A DNA stretch of 64,000 bases from an uncultured Clostridia bacterium (GTDB lineage: Bacteria; Bacillota; Clostridia; TANB77; CAG-465): contig CAKPJL010000004.1 in NCBI GenBank assembly GCA_934162655.1, positions 38 through 64,037 of the forward strand, given 5' to 3'. This document shows positions 52,072 to 62,871 of this stretch, in pieces. The notes beneath the pieces were generated by a model, which did not search any database, had not been told where the DNA came from, and saw only the letters and a program-made list of their open reading frames with translations. The position numbers and the translations under genes are program-made. Every line of letters begins with the position of its first letter. The first letter of the stretch is position 1.

Positions 52072-52410
52072 ATGAATGAAAATCCAAATAAATCTAAAAT
52101 AATACTATCATACATTATTTCTCTTTTAGGTTTAATATTTATTAACACTGAAAAAGATGCTTCCGAGCAAGATAGAGAACATTTTGCACAAGCAGCAACA
52201 ATTTTTATAGTTGAACTTGCATTAACTGTTATTACAACTATAATCAATTCAATAGGAATACCTTTTGTTGGAACAATACTTGGATTAGTTCCTACTGCTT
52301 TGCTTGTTCTTGCAATAATTGCTGCTGTAAAATCTGCAAATGGTGAATTTTTCAAAATACCAGTTATATATGATTTTTCAAAGAAAATATTTGGAAAAAA
52401 ACAAGCTTAA
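52072..52410 (+). CDS. DUF4870-like small membrane protein
   Basis: 112 aa with SYIISLLGLIFINTEKDASEQDREHFAQA followed by two further TM helices. Confidence 0.6.
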   Translation: MNENPNKSKIILSYIISLLGLIFINTEKDASEQDREHFAQAATIFIVELALTVITTIINSIGIPFVGTILGLVPTALLVLAIIAAVKSANGEFFKIPVIYDFSKKIFGKKQA

Positions 52411-52437
52411 AAAACTGCATTTAATGCAGTTTTTTTA
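52410..52437 (+). terminator. Terminator after the DUF4870 gene
   Basis: AAAAACUGCAUU-uaAUGCAGUUUUUUU. Confidence 0.8.
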
Positions 52438-52510
52438 TACTTTTTACTAATTTATATTTTTTATTCTTGAATATTACATATTAATTTGATATACTAAATA
52501 TGGTGACATT

Positions 52511-53533
52511 ATGAATAGTAAAAAAGTAAATGGAAGAAAAATTCTAATTATCGATGACGATGTAAATATGATGGATATTCTTTCAGTGGTCTTAGAAAAA
52601 TATGGACATACATTATATACTTATACCGATCCTGTTGCAGCAATAGAAGAACTAAAAAGAACGAAATATGATATATTAATACTAAACTACTTACTTTCTC
52701 CAGTAAATGGTGATAGAATAGTTGAACTTGTTAGAGAATTTGATAAAGAAATATACATTATCCTTATGTCTATTCATAAAGATTTAGCACCATCAATAGA
52801 AGTAATGCAGAACTTAGATATACAAGCTTACTTTGAAAAAAGTGCAAGATTTGATCAACTAATCATGCTTATTCAAAGTGGAGTAAAACAAATAGAGCAG
52901 TTAGAAAATATTAAGGCAATGAGTCTTAAAATAGAAAAATATTTATTTGATTTTGCAAATGTAATGTTAAATACTATAAGTGCAAAAGACCATTATACTG
53001 AAGAGCATTCTAAAAGAGTATCTGCACTTTGTAAATACTTTGGAAAATATCTTAACTTACCGGAAAGTGATATAGAAAACTTAAGAGTTGCAGGATTATT
53101 TCATGATATAGGAAAAATAGGGTGTCCAGATAGTATTTTATTAAAAACAGAAAAGCTAACTGATGAAGAATATGACACTATAAAACTTCATCCTGTTATA
53201 GGAGCAAATATAGTTGGTGCAGCCGAATATTTTAGGGAAGTTTCTAAAATTATGGTATGCCATCATGAAAGAATAGACGGAAAAGGTTATCCTTATGGTA
53301 TAAAAGGAGATGATATTCCATATCTTGGAAAAATACTTACAATCTGTGATAGTTTTGATGCAATGATGAGTAGGAGACCTTATAAAGATACAGCTTCAAT
53401 AGAGTTTGCAATATCTGAATTTGAAAAATGTAAAGGATCTCAATTTGATGTACAACTTTCAGATGTATTTATTGAAATTTTAAAAACACACCCTGATGAT
53501 ATAACCAAAATACTGAATTTAGAAAATATATAA
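52511..53533 (+). CDS. Response regulator with HD-GYP output domain (RpfG-like)
   Basis: The receiver domain has the acidic pair in ILIIDDDV (the Asp in DILILNY would be the phospho-acceptor). HD-GYP motifs HSKRV...GLFHDIGK...HHERIDGKGYPYG. Confidence 0.88.
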   Translation: MNSKKVNGRKILIIDDDVNMMDILSVVLEKYGHTLYTYTDPVAAIEELKRTKYDILILNYLLSPVNGDRIVELVREFDKEIYIILMSIHKDLAPSIEVMQNLDIQAYFEKSARFDQLIMLIQSGVKQIEQLENIKAMSLKIEKYLFDFANVMLNTISAKDHYTEEHSKRVSALCKYFGKYLNLPESDIENLRVAGLFHDIGKIGCPDSILLKTEKLTDEEYDTIKLHPVIGANIVGAAEYFREVSKIMVCHHERIDGKGYPYGIKGDDIPYLGKILTICDSFDAMMSRRPYKDTASIEFAISEFEKCKGSQFDVQLSDVFIEILKTHPDDITKILNLENI

Positions 53534-53575
53534 AAAAAGTAGGCGTACACAAAAGTGTAAACCTGCTTTTTGCTT

Positions 53576-54466
53576 TTATGCTTCAAAAGCTTTTTTTGCC
53601 AAACTTTTAATGCCTTCAAGAGTTTTTGCCCCTGCTATAAATCCATTAGGGTGGCAAAAAGTCACATCATCTATTCCAGTAATCAAACTAAGAGTATTTG
53701 GATCTTCCCCTCTCCATTCTTTAGGAAATGGCTTTTTGGGTTCAAAACTACCTAAAAACTTAGGAACAGCTTGAACATTATATCCACCTCTTTTTGAGGG
53801 AAAAGCAACATATAATATGTCGCTTGCCATATCTCCAAGTTCAAAGATTGCCTTCTGCCACGATATGAATTTTTCAAGTATAATTAAATAGCTATCTGCC
53901 TCATTTACTGCCTGACTAATTATACTTTTTGATTTTTCTTCTGCTAATGCAGATAAAATGGAATTTTTAAGAATCACTTCTGCAAACTTTACTGCCTCTA
54001 AAAAAGCAATGTCACTATCAATTATAGAATCCCAAGTAGGATTAAATCCTGATATTACTGAAGATATACTCATAGGCTGCACAGGATAATCACATCCAGG
54101 CATAACACCATTATCCGTTGCATCAATTCCTTGAATTAATGCTTTATCAACAACTTCTGATGCTAACTTACCGCAAATTAAATAAGAATATTCACGCCAA
54201 ATAAGACCCGCACTAGAATATGGTACACCATTTTTACGGAATCCATTTCCACCTTTTTGATGGTGATCAAATTTTCCACCACCAATATCGTAAACAATTG
54301 CATTTTTAGAAATATTATCTGTTAATTTATTTAACCGACACAATTTTGCACTTGGCATTAATTGGAGTAAAATTGCTGTTGCCATGACTTCATCTGCATG
54401 AAAAATCCCACCATGCGTTATTAAATCAGCCTCGTTTGCAAACTTTGAATTAACTATTGTAAGCAT
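53576..54466 (-). CDS. MYG1/UPF0160-family metal-dependent hydrolase
   Basis: THGGIFHADEVMATAIL...YDIGGGKFDHHQ. Confidence 0.8.
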   Translation of the reverse strand: MLTIVNSKFANEADLITHGGIFHADEVMATAILLQLMPSAKLCRLNKLTDNISKNAIVYDIGGGKFDHHQKGGNGFRKNGVPYSSAGLIWREYSYLICGKLASEVVDKALIQGIDATDNGVMPGCDYPVQPMSISSVISGFNPTWDSIIDSDIAFLEAVKFAEVILKNSILSALAEEKSKSIISQAVNEADSYLIILEKFISWQKAIFELGDMASDILYVAFPSKRGGYNVQAVPKFLGSFEPKKPFPKEWRGEDPNTLSLITGIDDVTFCHPNGFIAGAKTLEGIKSLAKKAFEA

Positions 54467-54601
54467 TTTTGCCTCCTAATTTTATTAGTAATTTTTACTC
54501 TAATAACCAAAATTTTGATATTATTTAATCTTTTCATAAAACTTATTATATCACATTTTATGTAAATATCAAGTTAAATATTCTATGTTAATATAGTATT
54601 T

Positions 54602-55189
54602 TTATTCTATATATATAGCAATTGCCTTTAATATATTATATCCTCTTTTACTTTGATCATTTATATTATATCCGATAACTTTTATTTTTTCACACATGTT
54701 AGACAAAAAATCTATGCTTGCACTGCACATATTATCATTGTACCAAACATAACTGTTGTTTATAAAAAACATCTTCTCATTTGCACTTTCAGGTGTCCTA
54801 AGTCTTAATATTTTTCCTTCTACACTCACTATTTTATTTTTTTCTCTTACATTACTTATCGGTGTATTATTTATTTTCTCTATTAATTTATGGTAAAAAT
54901 TTAAGTTTTTTATGTCCGATATATCAGATATGTTTATATATTTTTTCTCTGTTATTATATTGCAACTAGTGCCCGCATCAATTCCTACACTTTTAAATCT
55001 TCTTTTACTCTGTCTATTTTTTTGACTATCACATGCTACCTCACATCTTGGATCAAATCTTATATTATTTATATTTCCACAATTCTTTTGTATCGAAAAT
55101 TCTACAAAATCTATATTAAAATTCAATTTACCGTATGTTGCGGCCAAATTTTTAATTAAATCTCTATCTATATAAACATAATATCTCAA
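54602..55189 (-). CDS. Hypothetical protein (195 aa)
   Basis: Clean ORF with no motif I recognise. Confidence 0.4.
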   Translation of the reverse strand: MRYYVYIDRDLIKNLAATYGKLNFNIDFVEFSIQKNCGNINNIRFDPRCEVACDSQKNRQSKRRFKSVGIDAGTSCNIITEKKYINISDISDIKNLNFYHKLIEKINNTPISNVREKNKIVSVEGKILRLRTPESANEKMFFINNSYVWYNDNMCSASIDFLSNMCEKIKVIGYNINDQSKRGYNILKAIAIYIE

Positions 55190-55219
55190 AACAACTCACC
55201 TTTTATCATTATATGAAAT

Positions 55220-55762
55220 TTAATCGACTGTAATGTCATCTTTTATCTTTTCAAATTTTGATTTTCCAATAGATGGCACTTCCATTATATCTTCTATGGA
55301 TTCAAATGTTGCATTATCTCTATATTTAATTATCTTATCTGCCGTACTACTACCAATTCCATCTAATGTCATTAATTCTTGTTTATTTGCTGTGTTTATA
55401 TTTACTTTTTTACTGATGATTTCTTCATCATATAGGTTATCTTTTAGTTCTTCTTTCTTAGGTATATTTATCTTGTCACTATCCTTTAATTTTTGTGATA
55501 AGTTTATTTTATCCATATCTCCATTTTGAGTTATTCCACCAGCAATTGATATAAGTTCATCTAATCTTGTTCCTTCACTTACATAATAAACTCCTGGGCT
55601 ATTAACTTCTCCTACAATATAAACACATATATTCTTAGATATAGATTTGCTATCATTCTTTTCATTTTTTTGAATAAGTATAGATATAGAGGATACAATT
55701 ATAATTAAAATACACACTATATAGCCTTTATATTTTGATATAACTTTTTTTAAATTTTGCAT
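55220..55762 (-). CDS. comEA: ComEA-family DNA-binding protein (SLBB domain plus helix-hairpin-helix)
   Basis: N-terminal TM; VNINTANKQELMTLDGIGSSTADKIIKYR...VPSIGKSKFEKIKD. Confidence 0.88.
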   Translation of the reverse strand: MQNLKKVISKYKGYIVCILIIIVSSISILIQKNEKNDSKSISKNICVYIVGEVNSPGVYYVSEGTRLDELISIAGGITQNGDMDKINLSQKLKDSDKINIPKKEELKDNLYDEEIISKKVNINTANKQELMTLDGIGSSTADKIIKYRDNATFESIEDIMEVPSIGKSKFEKIKDDITVD

Positions 55763-55817
55763 ATTATCATTCCTTTCTCTTTATTTTTAAAGTTTTTTAA
55801 TATATAATTTTTTTGAG

Positions 55818-57203
55818 GTGATTTGTTTGTACAAGATAAAAAATATAAATTATAAAATAGTAATTGTTGCTTTTTTGGTTGCTCTTATTAATATACTTTC
55901 AAGTAATACATTTGCAATAGAAGATGAAAATATAAAATGCAAAAAAGCAATTGTTATGGATATAGATAGTGGAAGTGTACTATATTCAAAAAATGGATTT
56001 GATAAAGTATATCCAGCAAGTACCACAAAAGTATTAACAGCAATAATTGCAATAGAAAATTTAGATTTAGAAAAAACAGTAGTAGCATCTGAAAATGCTA
56101 TAAAATCAACTCCCGATGGAAGTTCCGTAATGTATTTAAAAGTAGGAGAAATACTTACAGTTAAGCAACTACTTTATGGATTGATGCTTCCATCAGGTAA
56201 TGATGCAGCTAATGTACTAGCAGAAGAAGTTGCATCAAGCACAGAAAAGTTTGTAGAAATTATGAATGAAAAAGCAAAAGAAATAGGATGCACTTCAACT
56301 CACTTTACAAATCCGCATGGATTCCATGATGATAACCATTACTCAACAGCATATGACATGGCAAAAATACTAAGATATGCATTAAACAACAAAATATTTA
56401 GAGATATAATTGAAACAAAATCAGTAGAAATTCCGCAAACAAATAAAACCGCTACTGCTCGTAGACTAATTAATACTAATAAAATGGTAAATAAAAAATA
56501 TCAAGATACCTACTACTATGAATATGCAATTGCCGGAAAAACAGGCTTTACTGATGAAGCAAGAGGAACACTCGTAACATATGGAAAGAAAGATGGTAAA
56601 AATATTATTATTACTGTTTTTGATGGTACTCAACTCCTAGGAAATGAAGTGAGATATTTTGATGCCAAATTACTATTTGAATATGCATTTAATAACTTTA
56701 ATATAGCAGATATCATTCATTCTTCAAGTGTTAGTTTCGATATCTATGATGAAGTAAGTGGTTATACTTATAGATTAAAATTAAAAGATGATATTTCTGG
56801 CCTTACTAAAAATAAAGATTATATTATTTCTTATGATGATTTAGAGATTAATTTGGATTTGTTAAATAAAATATCAAATAACTTATCACTATACACTGAC
56901 TTAGAAAATTATAGTGTCGGAAGTATAAATATAAAAATAAATGGTGATAGTATTTATCTTGACAGTAAATACCCTTTAATATTAACAGAAATAAATAAAG
57001 AAAACAACATTCTAAATAAAATAAGTAAAATTTTAGATAAAGACATAAATACTTCTATAATTTTTATATCTATTTTAACTGGAAGCATTTTGATATTAAT
57101 TATAATAAAAGTAATACTAAAAAATAATATTAGAAATGAAAATAATATAGTGTTTTCAAACTCTTCAAGAATAAAACTAAAAAGACATAAGGATAAATTT
57201 TAA
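55818..57203 (+). CDS. D-alanyl-D-alanine carboxypeptidase (S11 PBP5-like) with C-terminal membrane anchor
   Basis: ASTTK (SxxK), SGND and KTG motifs. The start may be TTG at 55827 after GAGGTGA. Confidence 0.88.
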   Translation: MICLYKIKNINYKIVIVAFLVALINILSSNTFAIEDENIKCKKAIVMDIDSGSVLYSKNGFDKVYPASTTKVLTAIIAIENLDLEKTVVASENAIKSTPDGSSVMYLKVGEILTVKQLLYGLMLPSGNDAANVLAEEVASSTEKFVEIMNEKAKEIGCTSTHFTNPHGFHDDNHYSTAYDMAKILRYALNNKIFRDIIETKSVEIPQTNKTATARRLINTNKMVNKKYQDTYYYEYAIAGKTGFTDEARGTLVTYGKKDGKNIIITVFDGTQLLGNEVRYFDAKLLFEYAFNNFNIADIIHSSSVSFDIYDEVSGYTYRLKLKDDISGLTKNKDYIISYDDLEINLDLLNKISNNLSLYTDLENYSVGSINIKINGDSIYLDSKYPLILTEINKENNILNKISKILDKDINTSIIFISILTGSILILIIIKVILKNNIRNENNIVFSNSSRIKLKRHKDKF

Positions 57204-57208
57204 TATTT

Positions 57209-57250
57209 TTATATACTAACCTATACATAAAGTACAGGTTAGTATATATT
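57209..57250. terminator. Bidirectional terminator between the carboxypeptidase and LCP genes
   Basis: AUAUACUAACCU-loop-AGGUUAGUAUAU with flanking A/U tracts. Confidence 0.7.
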
Positions 57251-57261
57251 TTTTAAGTATT

Positions 57262-58200
57262 TTAAGTATCTAGACTTTTAAAATTATTATTAATTTCTTC
57301 TTTTACATCCTCTTCATCTATTATAACATAAGACAACCCGTTTATATACTTAGGTGTATGTGGCATAATTGTTGAGTATATGTTATCAAAATCTATTTTA
57401 GAAAGATCTGTGACATACTTTAGAGCCTCTCTTACTGTTACATTAGTATTAGTATTTTTTGAAGCTATATTTATAAGTTGTGGTGCCTTTGAAATGTTAT
57501 TTACTGATAACGCAGTTTTTATAAATTTTTTTATAAATTCTTGTTGCACCTTTGTCCTATCAACATCTCCCATTCTATACCCAACTGTGTAATCATTATT
57601 TGATCTAAATCTAACATACTGTTCTGCCCTACTACCATCTAGCACTTGAACCCCTGGATATAAATCTATGTGTAAATTCTGTGTAGGATCATCATATTTC
57701 ATTCTCATAGCCACATCAATTTCTACGCCACCTATAGCATCTACCATATCTCTTAACATATCAGCTTCAAAAAATAAGTAGTAGTCTATATCTACATCTA
57801 ATATTTCTTCTACTTCCTGAACCAAAGGAACGGCATTTTTCCCTCTATAAATTGCATTAATCTTGTGTCCTATACAATAGTCATTGTCAACATATGTATC
57901 TCTAGGTATAGACATCATAGCTATTTTTCCTGTTTTACTGTTATACCTTACATATATTATAGTATCAGTTAAATTATCATTTACACCACAAACAAGTGCA
58001 CTAATAATTTCCTTCTTTTGAGATATGGGTACATTTACATTATCTGTATCATCACTAAGTAAATTGCTATTATCAACTTTATAATTTATATAGCACAATA
58101 CCGAAAATAACATGGTAGATATTATAAATATACATATAAATACTATTGTAATTTTTTGTACTGCGTTTTTTTCCAATTTTTTAACCCTTTGTTTTTTCAT
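57262..58200 (-). CDS. LCP (LytR-CpsA-Psr) family protein
   Basis: N-terminal TM; MMSIPRDTYV and the GGVEIDV core. Confidence 0.85.
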   Translation of the reverse strand: MKKQRVKKLEKNAVQKITIVFICIFIISTMLFSVLCYINYKVDNSNLLSDDTDNVNVPISQKKEIISALVCGVNDNLTDTIIYVRYNSKTGKIAMMSIPRDTYVDNDYCIGHKINAIYRGKNAVPLVQEVEEILDVDIDYYLFFEADMLRDMVDAIGGVEIDVAMRMKYDDPTQNLHIDLYPGVQVLDGSRAEQYVRFRSNNDYTVGYRMGDVDRTKVQQEFIKKFIKTALSVNNISKAPQLINIASKNTNTNVTVREALKYVTDLSKIDFDNIYSTIMPHTPKYINGLSYVIIDEEDVKEEINNNFKSLDT

Positions 58201-58210
58201 ACACTACCTT

Positions 58211-58867
58211 CTAAAATTTAAGATTTCCTTTTATCATTAATACTATTAAATTATATGAATATAGAAATTTGGTTACTATACTAGAATTAATAAAGCTTAT
58301 AATTGGTGTTACAAATCCCATAGGCTCTAATAAGTTTATTATAGCAAGTATTATAAATATAATGAGTGAACCCTTAAAAATTCCACCTATTAATCCACCA
58401 ATTTTATTTATACTATTTAATATTGGTAATTCACATACTAAATTAAGTATCATTCTTATTATGTACATAATTATAATCGTTACAATAAATATTGCAATAA
58501 AGCTTATACCTTTAAATATAAATAAAGTAATATTTTCTGCTACTGTGTCAACATTTTCTGCTACAATATCTTCTTTGATAAAGTTAGATATAAAGTTATC
58601 CTTTTTTTCTATATTACTTTCATCTTGCACTTGGCCTTCTTTATTTAACATGGTTTGATTTATCGTATCCGAAATTTGGGTTTTTATGCTATCTCCAAGA
58701 CCCGTTTTTTCTATTAAAAATTTTGCAACTGAATTTTGTAGGCTGATTGCTAAAATTATTGCAACAATTATTCCAGCTAAACTAATTACCATTGTAACTA
58801 AACCTTTTTTATAACCTAAAAAGGCGGATAATGCAAGTATTAAAATTATAATTACATCTAAAATCAT
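58211..58867 (-). CDS. cvpA: CvpA-family membrane protein
   Basis: MILDVIIILILALSAFLGYKKGLV...; 4-5 TM segments. Confidence 0.75.
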   Translation of the reverse strand: MILDVIIILILALSAFLGYKKGLVTMVISLAGIIVAIILAISLQNSVAKFLIEKTGLGDSIKTQISDTINQTMLNKEGQVQDESNIEKKDNFISNFIKEDIVAENVDTVAENITLFIFKGISFIAIFIVTIIIMYIIRMILNLVCELPILNSINKIGGLIGGIFKGSLIIFIILAIINLLEPMGFVTPIISFINSSIVTKFLYSYNLIVLMIKGNLKF

Positions 58868-58892
58868 ATTATCTCATCTCCTTATAATAAAA

Positions 58893-60230
58893 TTATATTT
58901 TTACAAAACATATTTTATTAGTATAAATTAAAGCCAGACTTCTACCATTTCTAAAAGGAATTATATCCTTTGGAGGATATTGTACTTCTATATTTTTTAC
59001 ATTTATTCCCCACTTGTTATAAAAACTAATCTTATTTTGAAAAACTAAATAGCTTATAAGTCCCTTGCTTTTAAGCATTTTAGGACTTGTTCCTATGTCT
59101 GCTTTTCCTGTATTTTTACCGTTTATATCTAATTTAAAGTTTTCTAGTTTATATGATTCCCCAGTATCTTTCATTTCCTTTTCTATTAAAGTATAATATT
59201 TATCATTTAATGAAATATATAAAACTTGGTTTGAATCATATTCTTTAATAGATTTTTCTTCTTTACTATTTAAATCAATGGATTTAATTCCATTGTCCAA
59301 TGACATAAAAAGTTGATTTCCTTCAATTTTATAACTATATAACATGCAATTATCTAATGTTACTATATCATATGGTTCCGGATTTTTATCTTTTATATTT
59401 AACATAGAAATAGTAATACCTGATTTAAAAGAAGCACTATTTACTTTTATCAGTAACAATTTATTAGTATTTTCAAGTGTACATACTCCAACTAATATAT
59501 CAGATGTTACATAAGCATTATATAGATGTTCACCCTTATTCGTATAAACACCTATTATCTTTTTGTATCCACTAGTGGAATACTCGATTGAAACATTACC
59601 ACTTTCATCTAAAAACACATTTTCAATAGTGCCGTCTATTCTTTTATTAAAAGTTTCTTTTTTTCCAGTGAAGTAGTATATAACTCCGTTAGAATTATTG
59701 GATGCTACCATATATTTTCCATTAATATATATATTTGGTGTAAACTTTTCATCAAATTTATATTCCCATGTAACATTACCATTCTTATCATAAGTTTTTA
59801 AAGTTTGGTTATTATAAGATATAAGCTCTTTTCCATATTCATAAAATTTATCATCTGCACTAGTAACCATGTTTACAAAATTATACTCACTAATATTTGA
59901 TTCTTTATTTATAGATATACCTATAATTGAAGAGTACCTTGCAAACAAGAATGATACAACAGCAACTGTTATCAATAGTGTAGCTGTACTAAGTGCATTC
60001 AAAAAAGAACTATGTAATTCTATATTTTTTTTATTTTGTTTTAATTCTTCCTTATATTCATCTACTCTTTTCCCTTGTCTTCTTTTTCTTATTTCATTTG
60101 TTTTTTTACTATATTTGTTGACTATTTCTATACTTTTATCTATTTGAGCTTGGATTTGCTCATCTGTTAATTTTCTTCTTTTAATCTTAATAGAATCTGG
60201 ATTTTTATTTTTTCTATTTCCTTTTCTCAT
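58893..60230 (-). CDS. Membrane-anchored hypothetical protein (DUF5711-like, probable beta-propeller ectodomain)
   Basis: Basic N-terminus, one TM, repetitive beta-rich C-terminal part; weak family call from memory. Confidence 0.45.
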   Translation of the reverse strand: MRKGNRKNKNPDSIKIKRRKLTDEQIQAQIDKSIEIVNKYSKKTNEIRKRRQGKRVDEYKEELKQNKKNIELHSSFLNALSTATLLITVAVVSFLFARYSSIIGISINKESNISEYNFVNMVTSADDKFYEYGKELISYNNQTLKTYDKNGNVTWEYKFDEKFTPNIYINGKYMVASNNSNGVIYYFTGKKETFNKRIDGTIENVFLDESGNVSIEYSTSGYKKIIGVYTNKGEHLYNAYVTSDILVGVCTLENTNKLLLIKVNSASFKSGITISMLNIKDKNPEPYDIVTLDNCMLYSYKIEGNQLFMSLDNGIKSIDLNSKEEKSIKEYDSNQVLYISLNDKYYTLIEKEMKDTGESYKLENFKLDINGKNTGKADIGTSPKMLKSKGLISYLVFQNKISFYNKWGINVKNIEVQYPPKDIIPFRNGRSLALIYTNKICFVKI

Positions 60231-61467
60231 AAAAATCCTCCCATTCTTTTGGTATAAAATATTTTTTATCTTTTATTTTATCTGGCATATACTGTTGCTC
60301 AACAATAGAATTTTTGTAGTCATGCGGATATTTATATGAAATTCCATATCCAAACTCCTCCATTCCTTTTTTAGCAGCATTTCTTATATGTAGTGGTACT
60401 TCTCCACAATCTATATTTTTTACATCTTCTAGTGCACTATTTATTCCAAGATATGATGTGTTTGATTTTTTACTTAAAGCCACATACAAGGCTGCTTGTG
60501 CAAGTATTATTCTAGATTCAGGCATGCCTATTTGCATCACTGCTTGCATTGCGGCATTTGCAACTACAAGTGCATTTGAATTAGCAAGTCCTACATCTTC
60601 TGATGCTTGAATCACAATTCTCCTTGCAATAAACATCGGATCTTCACCACCATCTATCATACGTGCTAAATAGTGAAGAGTAGCATCGGGGTCAGACCCC
60701 CTCATTGATTTTATAAAGGCACTTATAGTATCGTAATGACAATCCTCTGATTTGTCATATATTGTTTTCTTTTGCTGAATACAATCTTTTATAATATTAC
60801 AATCAATTATTATTTTTCCATTCTCATCTGGCATAGTTGTAAGTACAGCAAGTTCTAAAGCATTAAGGGCAGTTCTTACATCACCTGACGACATTTTAGA
60901 AAGTAATGAAATTGCCTCTTTTTGCACTTCTAAATTATAATTTCCTAAGCCATTTTCTTTATCTAAAATAGTATTGTTTATTATATTTATAATATCTTCA
61001 TCTTTAAGCTTCGAAAGTTTGAAAATAGTGGATCTAGAAATTAGTGCTTTATTTACCTCGAAATATGGATTTTCTGTTGTAGCTCCAATTAAAATTACAA
61101 TTCCCTTTTCAACATAAGGTAGTAAACTATCTTGCTGTAATTTATTAAATCTATGAATTTCATCTATAAAAAGTATTACCCTTCCAGTAGGGTTTAAAAA
61201 TATATTTTGTGCATCATCAACTACTTTTTTTATATCATTAACTCCTGCACTTGTGGCATTTAACTCAACAAATTTATTTTTGGTAGTATTTGCTATAACT
61301 CGTGCAAGTGAAGTTTTACCACATCCAGGAGGTCCCCAAAGAATTATGGATGTTAGCTTATCTGCTTTAATTAATCTATATAATAACTTATTTTTACCAA
61401 CTATTTCTTCTTGTCCATAAAAATCCTCAAGCGTTTTTGGTTTCATTCTATACGCTAATGGTTCCAT
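60214..61467 (-). CDS. rarA: Replication-associated recombination protein A (AAA+ ATPase)
   Basis: PLAYRMKPKTLEDF..., Walker A GPPGCGKTS, FIDEIHRFNK, MgsA C-terminal domain. Start trimmed to ATG 61467. Confidence 0.93.
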   Translation of the reverse strand: MEPLAYRMKPKTLEDFYGQEEIVGKNKLLYRLIKADKLTSIILWGPPGCGKTSLARVIANTTKNKFVELNATSAGVNDIKKVVDDAQNIFLNPTGRVILFIDEIHRFNKLQQDSLLPYVEKGIVILIGATTENPYFEVNKALISRSTIFKLSKLKDEDIINIINNTILDKENGLGNYNLEVQKEAISLLSKMSSGDVRTALNALELAVLTTMPDENGKIIIDCNIIKDCIQQKKTIYDKSEDCHYDTISAFIKSMRGSDPDATLHYLARMIDGGEDPMFIARRIVIQASEDVGLANSNALVVANAAMQAVMQIGMPESRIILAQAALYVALSKKSNTSYLGINSALEDVKNIDCGEVPLHIRNAAKKGMEEFGYGISYKYPHDYKNSIVEQQYMPDKIKDKKYFIPKEWEDFYEKRK

Positions 61468-61604
61468 ACATTTACCTCGCAAAACATAAGAAATTTACAT
61501 TATTCATTATATAATAAAGTTTATAAAAATTCAATATTTTACTTAATTTTGCCATCTTTTAAAATAAAATAGAAAAAAGCATTTAAAATATAATTTTTAA
61601 ATGC

Positions 61605-62663
61605 TTATCTTATAATACCTCCTGCAATTAAATTTCCATCTAAGTCGTAAAATACTACGGCTTGTCCAGGAGTTACACCCTTTACTTTATTTTTAAAATG
61701 CACCTTTATATCATTTTTACCTAACTTTTCTATTACTGCCTCTTCCTCTTTTGATTTATATCTTATTTTAGCTAGTACATTCATAGGCTCATTTAAATTA
61801 TCTATTAACATATAATTTACATTACCACATACAAGAGTATCTCTTAACAATTCATTTTCTTCTCCTAGTATAACGGTATTATTTGATTTATCTATTTTTA
61901 TAACATATAATGGGCATTTGTAAGATACACCCAGTCCCTTTCTTTGCCCTATTGTATAATTTATAATTCCTTTATGTTTTCCTAAAATATTACCTTTTTT
62001 ATCAACAAAATTTCCTACTACTGGTTTATAGTCAAAGAATTTTTCAATGTATTTTGAATAATCTTTATTTGCTATAAAACAAATATCTTGACTATCTTTT
62101 TTATCTGCATTAACAAATCCTTGCTTTTTTGCTATATCTCTTATTTCTTCTTTTGTATATTCTCCGAGTGGCATAATTATTTTTGATAATTGTTCTTGAG
62201 ATAAATCATATAACATATACGATTGATCCTTAGTGCTAGTGACAGATTTTTTTATATAATACCTTCCATTATTTTCTTCTAATCTAGCATAATGACCAGT
62301 AGCAACAAGATCAATTTCTAGCTCCTTGGCACATTTAAGTAATCCTTCAAATTTTAAAAATCTATTACATCTAACACATGGATTTGGTGTTTTAGCTTCA
62401 ATATAGTCATGCACAAAAGGTTCTATTACATTTTTTTTGAAATCTTCTTTAACATCAAATATATAGTGATTAATTCCTAAAGTTTCACATATTTTTTTTG
62501 CATCTCTTATAGCACATTCTCTTGCCTCTTTTAAATCATCTTGCCATATATCAAGAGTTACTCCAACAACATCAAATCCCTTGCTTTTAAGCAAATATGC
62601 AGCAACAGAGCTGTCTACACCACCACTCATGCCAACAACAATCTTTTTTCCAAAGTTTTTCAT
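61605..62663 (-). CDS. mnmA: tRNA 2-thiouridine(34) synthase
   Basis: VVGMSGGVDSSVAA PP-loop, NPCVRCN, KDQSY. Confidence 0.95.
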   Translation of the reverse strand: MKNFGKKIVVGMSGGVDSSVAAYLLKSKGFDVVGVTLDIWQDDLKEARECAIRDAKKICETLGINHYIFDVKEDFKKNVIEPFVHDYIEAKTPNPCVRCNRFLKFEGLLKCAKELEIDLVATGHYARLEENNGRYYIKKSVTSTKDQSYMLYDLSQEQLSKIIMPLGEYTKEEIRDIAKKQGFVNADKKDSQDICFIANKDYSKYIEKFFDYKPVVGNFVDKKGNILGKHKGIINYTIGQRKGLGVSYKCPLYVIKIDKSNNTVILGEENELLRDTLVCGNVNYMLIDNLNEPMNVLAKIRYKSKEEEAVIEKLGKNDIKVHFKNKVKGVTPGQAVVFYDLDGNLIAGGIIR

Positions 62664-62871
62664 AAACTCTCCTTATTTTATAATTCTTATTATACTATAC
62701 AATGCTTTTTATGTCAATTAGCATTACAATAAATGTCATATAGAGTTTCTCTTTTTGTTTTTTAAAAACACTATTAAATTTGATTGCCTTTCTAATTTCA
62801 AAGCTAAATCCTTATTTACATTTACTAGATTTATAATATTTGTATTAGTGCTACCAGTACAATTTTTCTTG

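Noticed and set aside
51918-52355. 145-aa minus-strand ORF
   Set aside because: It is antisense to the DUF4870 gene and runs through the divergent promoter region. The plus-strand gene has a promoter, RBS and terminator.
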